This document shows positions 41,075 through 48,642 of a stretch of DNA of 64,000 nt, piece after piece. The notes beneath the pieces were generated by a model. It was not told the DNA's origin and did no database searches. It saw nothing but the letters and a program-made list of their open reading frames with translations. Where the stretch lies: assembly GCA_039586365.1 (NCBI GenBank), contig JBDHKN010000042.1, forward strand, positions 1 through 64,000, read 5' to 3'. The position numbers and the translations under genes are program-made. This DNA is from Gemmatimonadota bacterium (GTDB taxonomy: Bacteria; Gemmatimonadota; Gemmatimonadetes; Gemmatimonadales; GWC2-71-9). Position 1 is the stretch's first letter. Each line of letters opens with the position of its first letter.

Positions 41075-41283
41075 CTCGAATCGCCAATTCCTGGCTTCGA
41101 ATCGCCGACTCGAGGCCTCGAATCGTCGAGTCGAGCCCTCGATTAGCTGATTCGATCCATAGAGCAACCCAATCGAGAGGTCGAATCGTCGATACGAACC
41201 GCAGGGCAGCCGAATCTGAGGTCGAATCGCCGAGTTGAGGCGTCGAATCGTCGACTCGAGGCCTCGAATGACCGACTCGAGAT
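41075..41283. repeat. Degenerate 21-bp tandem repeat, about 10 units (STCGAATCGYCGACTCGAGGC)
   Basis: Clear units begin at 41075, 41096, 41117, 41138, 41180, 41221, 41242 and 41263. Confidence 0.8.
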
Positions 41284-41487
41284 GACGTTCGGAGCAACCA
41301 AAGCCTCGCCCTCACAAGTCTAAGTCATTATCTAACAATTACATACAGCGCAGCAGCGAAAAGCCGGCACCGGCCGGCCAACTCGTCGTCTTCATAATCT
41401 TCATGATTCCACAGCTGCTCCGCGGCACCCTGGCAACCAGCGTCTCTTACCGCAAAGCGCCGAAACCCTGTCGTGCTGGCAGGGGGT

Positions 41488-41550
41488 CGATTGACGATTG
41501 ACGATTGACGGTTGACGATTTGACGATTTGACGATTTGACGAGTGACGAG
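41488..41550. repeat. 7/8-bp tandem array (TTGACGA / TTTGACGA)
   Basis: cgattgacgattgacgattgacggttgacgatttgacgatttgacgatttgacgagtgacgag. Confidence 0.9.
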
Positions 41551-41700
41551 CGGGACACCCGGGGTGGTCGATCCGAACCGCTAGATCCGGCGCACGGCGA
41601 AAGCCCGGATGGCAGGCAAAATCCGGACGGGACGCTAACCCTGAACGGCAGGGAGTCCCGGGGGCCTATACGTGTACCAGGCTGAGTCCCGCTCCGCCAC
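41543..41700. ncRNA. Candidate structured ncRNA (6S-like size and closing stem; identity unproven)
   Basis: Ends pair (GTGACGAGCGGGAC with GTCCCGCTCCGCCAC); internal hairpins GGC-GAAA-GCC, CCGGAT..ATCCGG and GGGAC..CCCTG-AACGG-CAGGG..GTCCC. Confidence 0.4.
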
Positions 41701-41846
41701 CCGTCCGCAGCCCAGCCCACCCGCAACCGATCGCAACCATTGGAACCTAAAGTGCATCTAACTGTATGTATGAGGAATAGTGACTAGCCATGGACACTGT
41801 ATAGTGACCATCAGGAAGAGCTAACCGCCAACGGTGGGAGGGACCG

Positions 41847-44579
41847 TTGCAATACGCCGTCACACACCCGTTTCCAGAGTCTGCGAGGATCGCGGCCGCA
41901 GGTGCGGTCCTAGCGGCCCTGAGTCTCCTCGTTGCCACTGCGGCTGCAAGCCCCCAGCAGCATTCGGCCAGCAGGCCTGCGGCCGCCAGATCACGGGACG
42001 CAGCAGCAGCCGTGGCTTTCGCCATTCACGCCGAGCCCAGCTCACCCACCCTGGACGGGAAGCTGGACGACCCGGTGTGGCAGGACGCTTTGGCTATCTC
42101 CGGTTTCACTCAAGTCAGGCCAGACGACGGGACCGATCCCACTGAGCGCACCGAGGTGTTCATTACGTACGACGAAGCAGCCCTGTACATCGGCGCTCGA
42201 ATGCACGACAGTGACCCATCTGGCATCGTGGGTCGTCTAGGCCGTCGCGACGGCTTCACTCCGAGTGATTTCTTCTCGGCGGAGATAGACTCGTACCACG
42301 ACCACCGTACGGTGTTCAGCTTCACGGTCAACCCGGCCGGCGTCAGAAGCGACGAGGTCATGACCAATGACGGCCCTCACGGTGACATGTCCTGGGATCC
42401 AGTGTGGGAGGTCGCTACCCGGATCGACTCTTTGGGTTGGGTCGCCGAGCTGAGGATCCCGTTTTCTCAGCTGCGCTTCTCGAGTGCTGCCGAACAGGTG
42501 TGGGGAATCAACTTCAGCCGCAGCATCTTCCGGAAGAATGAGTATGTGCGCTGGAGCTGGGCGCCCAACACGGAGCAGGGCTTCGCGTCCCTGTTCGGTC
42601 ATCTGCAGGGACTGCGCGACATTCCGGCGTCCAGCCGGCTGGAGCTGCTTCCCTACACGGTGGCCACGAGCAATTTCACCGAGGGAGCCGACCGGGCCAA
42701 CCCGTTTGACGACGGTAGCGTCCAAGACCTGACCGGCGGCCTGGACCTCAAATACGGCCTCACCAGCGATCTCACCGTCGACGCGACCTTCAACCCCGAT
42801 TTCGGCCAAGTCGAAGCCGACCCGGCGGTGGTGAACCTGAGTGCCTTCGAGACCTATTTCCAGGAGCGGCGGCCGTTCTTCGTGGAAGGTGCCAACATCT
42901 TCCGGTTCGGGGCCGGCAGCGGAGGGTTCGTGTTCGGCGCACCTCAGCTGTTCTATTCCCGCCGCGTGGGGCGCCAGCCCTCGGAACCGGCGGACGAGCC
43001 GGACGGCTATGTCGACAACCCGACAGCAACCCGCATACTCGGCGCTACGAAGCTGTCTGGTAAGACCGGCAGCTGGTCCATCGGATTGTTGGATGCGCTG
43101 ACGGCTCCCGCACGGGCGAGGGTACAGCTCGAGAACGGCGCCAGAGAAAGCCGACCGGTTGAGCCGCTGGCCAACTATGCGGTCGCCAGCCTACGCAGAG
43201 ATTTTCGGGACGGAGCTACTGGGGTTGGGGCGCTGGCTACTGCGGTCCACCGCAACATCAGTGATGAGATATTCGCGTCGCTCCGTTCCTCGGCATACTC
43301 AGGAGGTGCCGACTTCTTTCACAAGTTCGCCGACAACCAGTTCGCGGTGAACGGCACTATCAGCGCCTCGCACATCATAGGAGATCCCGCTGCGATCACC
43401 GAAGCACAGCATTCCTCAGCCCGCTATTTCCAGCGACCGGATCAAGACTATGTGTCAGTCGACTCTTCAGCCACCTCGATGACCGGATTTGCCGCTTCGA
43501 TGCAATTCGACAAGGTGTCCGGCAACTGGGTCTACGGCACGGACCTGTTCGCATATTCACCGCACTTCGAGGTGAACGATGCTGGCTTTCAAACGGGTGT
43601 CGACCGGATCTTCCACGGAATCCGCCTCACCCGCCGCTGGCTCCAACCCGGCAAGGTGTTCCGCAACTTCAGGATCAACGGGACTTTCGCGCAGCAGTGG
43701 AATTTCGGTGGCACCAACCTGTTCCGTTCACCGTACTTCGGTGTCGGTGGCCAGTTCCGCAACTACTGGAGCTTCAACTTAGGTGGCAGCTACGACTTCA
43801 CCGGCCTCAGCGACAAGATGACACGCGGTGGTCCCCTGATGGAAAGTCCCAGCGGGTGGTCCGCTAATGGCTTCTTGGGAACCGATCACCGCAAGCCAGT
43901 ATCACTGGCCGTGTTTGGTTACTACAGTCGCAACGGCTACGACGGGTGGGGCGGAGACATCGGCACCGAGATCAATATCCGCCCCAAAGGGGCCGTGAAC
44001 CTGAGCCTGTCACCCAGCTTCAACAAGTCGCACGCAATGGGGTTCTACGTCTCCCAGAGCGAGGATACGACTGCCACCGCAACCTTCGGCACGCGCTACC
44101 TGTTCAGCGAACTGGTACAGACCAGCCTGGACATGACGGTGCGGATGGACGTTGCGCTGACGCCCGACCTCTCCATCCAACTCTACGCCCAACCGTTCAT
44201 CGCTGCGGGCGACTACACCGGGTTCAAGGAGTTGGCGCAGCCGAAAACCTTCGATTTCCTGCGCTATGGGACGGATAACGGTTCCACCATCTCATTCGAC
44301 ACCGAGTCGAACGAGTACACCGCCGACCCGGACGGGGACGGACTGGCTGAGCCGATCACGTTCGAGAATCCTGACTTTCGGTTTCGCTCGCTCAGGAGCA
44401 ACCTGGTTGTCAGGTGGGAGTACAAACCCGGGTCAACTGTCTTCCTGGTCTGGAACCACGGGCGCTCGGCGTCCTCAGACGATCCGACTTTCGGTGTGTT
44501 CGATGAGGTCGGCAACCTGTTTGCGGACCAGATGACCAATACGTTCCTGGTGAAGTTCAACTATTGGTTGAGTCTTTGA
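41847..44579 (+). CDS. DUF5916 / CBM9-like outer-membrane protein, second paralog
   Basis: LDGKLDDPVW, GWVAELRIPFSQLRF, NPDFGQVEAD..ERRPFFVEG and VVRWEYKPGS motifs; start uncertain. Confidence 0.9.
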   Translation: MQYAVTHPFPESARIAAAGAVLAALSLLVATAAASPQQHSASRPAAARSRDAAAAVAFAIHAEPSSPTLDGKLDDPVWQDALAISGFTQVRPDDGTDPTERTEVFITYDEAALYIGARMHDSDPSGIVGRLGRRDGFTPSDFFSAEIDSYHDHRTVFSFTVNPAGVRSDEVMTNDGPHGDMSWDPVWEVATRIDSLGWVAELRIPFSQLRFSSAAEQVWGINFSRSIFRKNEYVRWSWAPNTEQGFASLFGHLQGLRDIPASSRLELLPYTVATSNFTEGADRANPFDDGSVQDLTGGLDLKYGLTSDLTVDATFNPDFGQVEADPAVVNLSAFETYFQERRPFFVEGANIFRFGAGSGGFVFGAPQLFYSRRVGRQPSEPADEPDGYVDNPTATRILGATKLSGKTGSWSIGLLDALTAPARARVQLENGARESRPVEPLANYAVASLRRDFRDGATGVGALATAVHRNISDEIFASLRSSAYSGGADFFHKFADNQFAVNGTISASHIIGDPAAITEAQHSSARYFQRPDQDYVSVDSSATSMTGFAASMQFDKVSGNWVYGTDLFAYSPHFEVNDAGFQTGVDRIFHGIRLTRRWLQPGKVFRNFRINGTFAQQWNFGGTNLFRSPYFGVGGQFRNYWSFNLGGSYDFTGLSDKMTRGGPLMESPSGWSANGFLGTDHRKPVSLAVFGYYSRNGYDGWGGDIGTEINIRPKGAVNLSLSPSFNKSHAMGFYVSQSEDTTATATFGTRYLFSELVQTSLDMTVRMDVALTPDLSIQLYAQPFIAAGDYTGFKELAQPKTFDFLRYGTDNGSTISFDTESNEYTADPDGDGLAEPITFENPDFRFRSLRSNLVVRWEYKPGSTVFLVWNHGRSASSDDPTFGVFDEVGNLFADQMTNTFLVKFNYWLSL

Positions 44580-44581
44580 AC

Positions 44582-44637
44582 GGGGAGCAGAGAGCAGAGA
44601 GCGGGGAGCGGGGAGCCGGGAACGGGGAGCAGAGAGC
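44582..44637. repeat. Left arm: eight 7-bp NRRGAGC units
   Basis: ggggagc agagagc agagagc ggggagc ggggagc cgggaac ggggagc agagagc. Confidence 0.92.
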
Positions 44638-44645
44638 GGGGGGTG

Positions 44646-45006
44646 TCAGGTCTTCCTGCGGGATTTCCTGAGCAGTCCGTAGGTAACCGCGATTGTACGA
44701 TCGACAACCGCGGCAAGCTCGTCGAGTCGAGGTTTCGGTAGATACCCTACCTCGGCGGCAACTCGCCGCAAGCACTCGACCTCAGCGGCAGAGCCTAGCG
44801 CGATCGCAAGGTGACGCCGGAACTGAGGCGTCGAACTCAGAGCATGTCCCTCGACCACGTTCGCCTCGACTGAGATGGCGGCGCGCCGAAGCTGATCGAA
44901 CAGCTGCCTGCAGCTAGGACTGTACGATTCGTCTGTGGCCCGGAGTACTCCGACTGTCAAATTCGTGGGCGTGCTGCCAGACGGCGAGACGCTGGTATTG
45001 TTTCAC
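44646..45006 (-). pseudogene. Four-helix-bundle protein (TIGR02436 / 23S rRNA IVP family, Avd-like) with a 1-nt frameshift at about 44960
   Basis: GTG at 45006 gives MKQYQRLAVWQHAHE; removing one T from GAATTTGAC joins it to LTVGVLRAT..DQLRRAAISVEANVVEG..FRRHLAIALGSAAEVE. Confidence 0.88.
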
Positions 45007-45077
45007 CCCTCAACAGTGCCAGGCTGGACCCTACTTCGCAGCACCAATTCGACGTACCGACGGCACATAACCACGCG

Positions 45078-45133
45078 GCTCCCCGCTCCCAGCTCTCTGC
45101 TCTCTGTCCTCCGCTCCCCGCTCCCGGCTCCCC
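45078..45133. repeat. Right arm: eight 7-bp units in inverted orientation
   Basis: gctcccc gctccca gctctct gctctct gtcctcc gctcccc gctcccg gctcccc. Confidence 0.92.
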
Positions 45134-45526
45134 CTACCGCCTCCGCACCGGCTTTACCCTGATCGGGGTCACTATCGGCAGGCCCATCGGGCGTTCCTTG
45201 GGCACCTTCTCACGACCCTGCGCCAAGAGTTGCTCGGCGAAATCGATGCGCTCCTCCACCGACTCCACGAGCTGGGCAGTGCGATACTCCATTTCCGAGA
45301 GCACGCTGTAGACCCGCTCCTCCAGCTCCCCCAGCCGACGGTCCAGCAGGGCTTCGAGGCCACCGCTCCCTCGCTTCTTTTCCCGCAATGCCTTGATACC
45401 GAGCGGGATCGCACTGCCACCGACCAAGATGCCACAGATGAGGACCGGAACCGCCTCATACGCAACAGCGGAGCCGACCAACACACCGCCGATGATCATT
45501 CTGTCCATTATCTGGCGCAGAACCAT
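45134..45526 (-). CDS. Hypothetical membrane-anchored coiled-coil protein
   Basis: Hydrophobic N-terminus, then LEERV..VEERIDFAEQLL. Confidence 0.7.
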   Translation of the reverse strand: MVLRQIMDRMIIGGVLVGSAVAYEAVPVLICGILVGGSAIPLGIKALREKKRGSGGLEALLDRRLGELEERVYSVLSEMEYRTAQLVESVEERIDFAEQLLAQGREKVPKERPMGLPIVTPIRVKPVRRR

Positions 45527-45646
45527 GGTATTCCCTTGTATGGTCTATGAACAGACTACGTGACGAGAGGCTCTGATGTTTCCGGCTGCATCCCTAGGAT
45601 TCCGCGGCCGCTGGCAGGACTGAAAGGCAGCCGAACTTCGGGCCGC

Positions 45647-48166
45647 TCAACCGGTCCAGAACACGATCACCCCGCAGGTTGCTCCGGGGCGATTGAAGAT
45701 CAGCGGGAGCGACGCCGCACTGCTGTACGCCTCCACCGCCTGGACGTTACTCAACGGCAGAAATGCGTCGATGTCTACATCGTTGGCATTGCCCAGGTAA
45801 AGTCCGTCGAGGAAAAACAACGGTGCGCATTCCCCCCCACCTCTTGCACCTCCCAAGGTCCTCGGTCCCCCTATCTGTCGCGCCGTGGTGATGAGCCATC
45901 GTCGCGTGTCCTGGTTTGGCCAACTGCCCTTCATGTACCCCGGATTCGGTTGTACTCGGAAGCCGCTCATGCGTCGGATCACGTCAGTTGGCTTCTGAGG
46001 ATTGCCCATCTCCTCAAACTCTTCCCGCGTCAAGAAGCTGCCGGTCACAGCCACCCGTCGCTCCTCAAACTCGGCTAGCTCTCGCCTGCGTCCTACCGCA
46101 TTGGCTGTTACCACGACCGGAGGCAGTTGTACTATCCCCATTGCGAGGAGACCGTCGGGAACCACGATAGTGTCTCCCGCGCTCGCGGTGACTATCAGGT
46201 ACCGGGGGGCGTACGCTATGTGTCGCACGGTCACCCTGTGTATGCCCGCCGGCACCTGGGCCAGCTCAAACCGACCGGCGCTGTCCGTAGTCGTGGCCCA
46301 CTCCGTGCCTGCCACCAAGACCTCTGCCCGGCTGACGGGCCCTCCTTGTTGAGCCTCGGTCACCTTGCCGCGGACAACCGCCGGGGCGCCGTGAAGGGAC
46401 CCCAGGATCAGATCCCGCCGCCATATCCAGCGTTCCGCGCCCGACTCGTCGAGCACAAGTTCGACTGCATTGCTGGTGTATTCGGCGTACCGCGCGACGA
46501 GCGTGACACGCCTGTCGACGGGCACGCCGCACAGTCGATAGAAACCCGTGCTGTCGGTCAGTACAGTCGCTCCACGGCTGTCGATCCGGCCCTCGGCGAT
46601 CTGGCCGAAGTCACGCCAGCGCGCCGTGACCTCGGCTCCAACTAGTGGGGGACCCCTCTCCGAATGTCGCACGACACCGACGATGGCGCGGTCATCCGGG
46701 CTGAGATTGCCGCCACCGCAGACGGATCGCAGCACGACCTCCGGTCGCGGTAGCGCCAGCGTGACGGTCTCAGTGTGCCCCCGCCGCAGCGTTACGGGCG
46801 TTTCCTCTGGCACATAGCCCAACGAGTCGAGTCGGGGATGGCTGAACGTCATCTGGTAGTCTCCCGCGTACGGCCGAGACAGTACGAACCGGCCCGCAGC
46901 GTCGGCCGTCGCAGTGTCTCCGGTCCCCAGCAGAAACACCCTGGAACCCGCCAGGGGACCCCCGCTTACCTCGTCGATAACCCTGCCCGCAATCATAGCG
47001 ACGTCAGCGATGTAAACCGGCACACCGTCAGCGCCGCGGATTTCCAGTACCTCTCCTCCGGTATCTTGAAAGCCGGCCAGAATGATGCCTTCTTGTAGCC
47101 TTCCTCTCCTGACACCCACGTTAGCGCGTTGCATGATGGGCAACCGGAGCTGCCACTCTCGGACGATCCAGGCACCGGCCGGCGTCGCCATGAAGTGAAG
47201 TGTACCCCCCAGACGCGAGTCGAAGACATCACCCGGCAGATGGTCATACTGGAACTCCAGGCTGCGTAGTTCCGAACTCTCTTCGTCGATCCACAGCGTT
47301 CCTGAGACATCGGTTTCTTCTCGGCCGGGAATCGGCTCGAACTCAAGTCCAACCCGTCGCTCCCGCTCAGTGGTCTCGCGCACGACGCGAAAACAGTGGG
47401 TGTTGAGGAAACCGGTGTTCGTGAGCACAGCCGCATCTGGGGCGTACACGATCCATCCCTGGCCGCTTCGTATTACGTAGCCGGAATCGGCCAATCGCTC
47501 GGCTGAGACGCTGGCAAACGGCGCCCGATAGTAACCGGACTGCTCTCTAGTTTCCTCCCGCACCACTCGGCGGCGGTCGATGTCCAATTCGCGTTGGTAA
47601 AGCTGGCTACGGTACCAGTAACTCCCCTGAGCAGCGGTCCAGATGGCGGCTTCGAGTGCTTTACGCGCTTCCTCCCAGACAGCAGCGGTCTGACCGGCTT
47701 GCTCCGGGTTCACGCGACAAGTTCCTGTTCCCTCCACCTCGATCGTCTCAAGCTGGATGGGCAACGCGGCCACCCGCAACTCGTAACGGGCCGTCTCCCC
47801 AACTCGGAGACGGAGGAGGGGGGACACGGCAGCCCGGTAGCCGATCCGCTCCGACCGGATCCGGTAGCGACCGGAACGGGGCGCCCTCAGAACCAGGGGG
47901 GTGGCCGAGGGGTTGAGCGCTCGCCGAACCTCGGCGCCGGCAGTGTCCAGCAGGACCACGAAACCGCCCACGACGGGCACGCCGCTCATGCTGTCGACCA
48001 CGGTTATTTGGACTGACTGAGCCGCGAGACCAGAGGAGAGGGCCAAGGCGGCTAGGCCGAGGCACAACAGTGCTTTGTGGGAGGGCAGTCGGGTCCCAAA
48101 AGCCAGCCTAGACCTGGTGAACGAGACTCTCTGCGTGCTCGGCTGTCTCAGGAACGGCAAATACAT
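45647..48166 (-). CDS. Secreted protein with carboxypeptidase-regulatory-like domains and a C-terminal TonB-plug-like domain, no barrel
   Basis: Repeated GxVxD..P..GA / TTDSAGRF / RHIAY modules; ends VEAYSS..CGVIVFWTG*; start uncertain. Confidence 0.85.
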   Translation of the reverse strand: MYLPFLRQPSTQRVSFTRSRLAFGTRLPSHKALLCLGLAALALSSGLAAQSVQITVVDSMSGVPVVGGFVVLLDTAGAEVRRALNPSATPLVLRAPRSGRYRIRSERIGYRAAVSPLLRLRVGETARYELRVAALPIQLETIEVEGTGTCRVNPEQAGQTAAVWEEARKALEAAIWTAAQGSYWYRSQLYQRELDIDRRRVVREETREQSGYYRAPFASVSAERLADSGYVIRSGQGWIVYAPDAAVLTNTGFLNTHCFRVVRETTERERRVGLEFEPIPGREETDVSGTLWIDEESSELRSLEFQYDHLPGDVFDSRLGGTLHFMATPAGAWIVREWQLRLPIMQRANVGVRRGRLQEGIILAGFQDTGGEVLEIRGADGVPVYIADVAMIAGRVIDEVSGGPLAGSRVFLLGTGDTATADAAGRFVLSRPYAGDYQMTFSHPRLDSLGYVPEETPVTLRRGHTETVTLALPRPEVVLRSVCGGGNLSPDDRAIVGVVRHSERGPPLVGAEVTARWRDFGQIAEGRIDSRGATVLTDSTGFYRLCGVPVDRRVTLVARYAEYTSNAVELVLDESGAERWIWRRDLILGSLHGAPAVVRGKVTEAQQGGPVSRAEVLVAGTEWATTTDSAGRFELAQVPAGIHRVTVRHIAYAPRYLIVTASAGDTIVVPDGLLAMGIVQLPPVVVTANAVGRRRELAEFEERRVAVTGSFLTREEFEEMGNPQKPTDVIRRMSGFRVQPNPGYMKGSWPNQDTRRWLITTARQIGGPRTLGGARGGGECAPLFFLDGLYLGNANDVDIDAFLPLSNVQAVEAYSSAASLPLIFNRPGATCGVIVFWTG

Positions 48167-48312
48167 GAGCAATTGAGTCAGCACGACCTTTCCGGACCCT
48201 TGACGAATGCGGTTCGGGCAGGTATAACAATAACTATAGCAACTAGTCAAAAGTCGGTCTTCATTCGCTAACGGTGCGGACTGGTTTGGAGCTAGTTGGA
48301 CCCTAATCGCAT

Positions 48313-48331
48313 CTAGTTAATATTAAGCTAG
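48313..48331. promoter_or_regulatory. AT-rich palindrome between divergent genes, candidate regulator site
   Basis: CTAG-TTAATATTAA-G-CTAG with a perfect 10-bp palindromic core. Confidence 0.35.
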
Positions 48332-48642
48332 GTATTCGCCAACCTGAACGAAGAGTTCCCGGCGCTGTGTATCGTGGCCGCACCGAGGTCCGGTATTACC
48401 TCGACGGCAGTGCCAGGGACTGTAACTACTCCAACGCGGTGCGTTCGCGGCAGGCGTTCCCTGGGGGAGGTCAGTTGTACAGACCAGAATCCCCGCAATG
48501 AAACGAGCCCTGCACGGGCATTCACTCCCGGTGCCTTGGCGTTCTCAATTCCCGACCATTGCAACCTGGAACGGTTGTTTATGGCAGATATCCAGTAGTT
48601 CTTGGTTCCCAATTACGTCCTCAATCATTCAAGGAGCGTAAT

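Noticed and set aside
41075..41550. Repeat arrays as a CRISPR locus
   Set aside because: Units are contiguous and degenerate with no unique spacers, and there are no cas genes
41610..41670. Cyclic di-GMP-I riboswitch resemblance (GGCAAA..GGGACGC)
   Set aside because: The GAAA-capped stem between the motifs and the GCAAAGC element are missing
44646..45006. Diversity-generating retroelement suggested by the Avd-like gene
   Set aside because: No reverse transcriptase and no TR/VR pair differing at adenines is visible in the window
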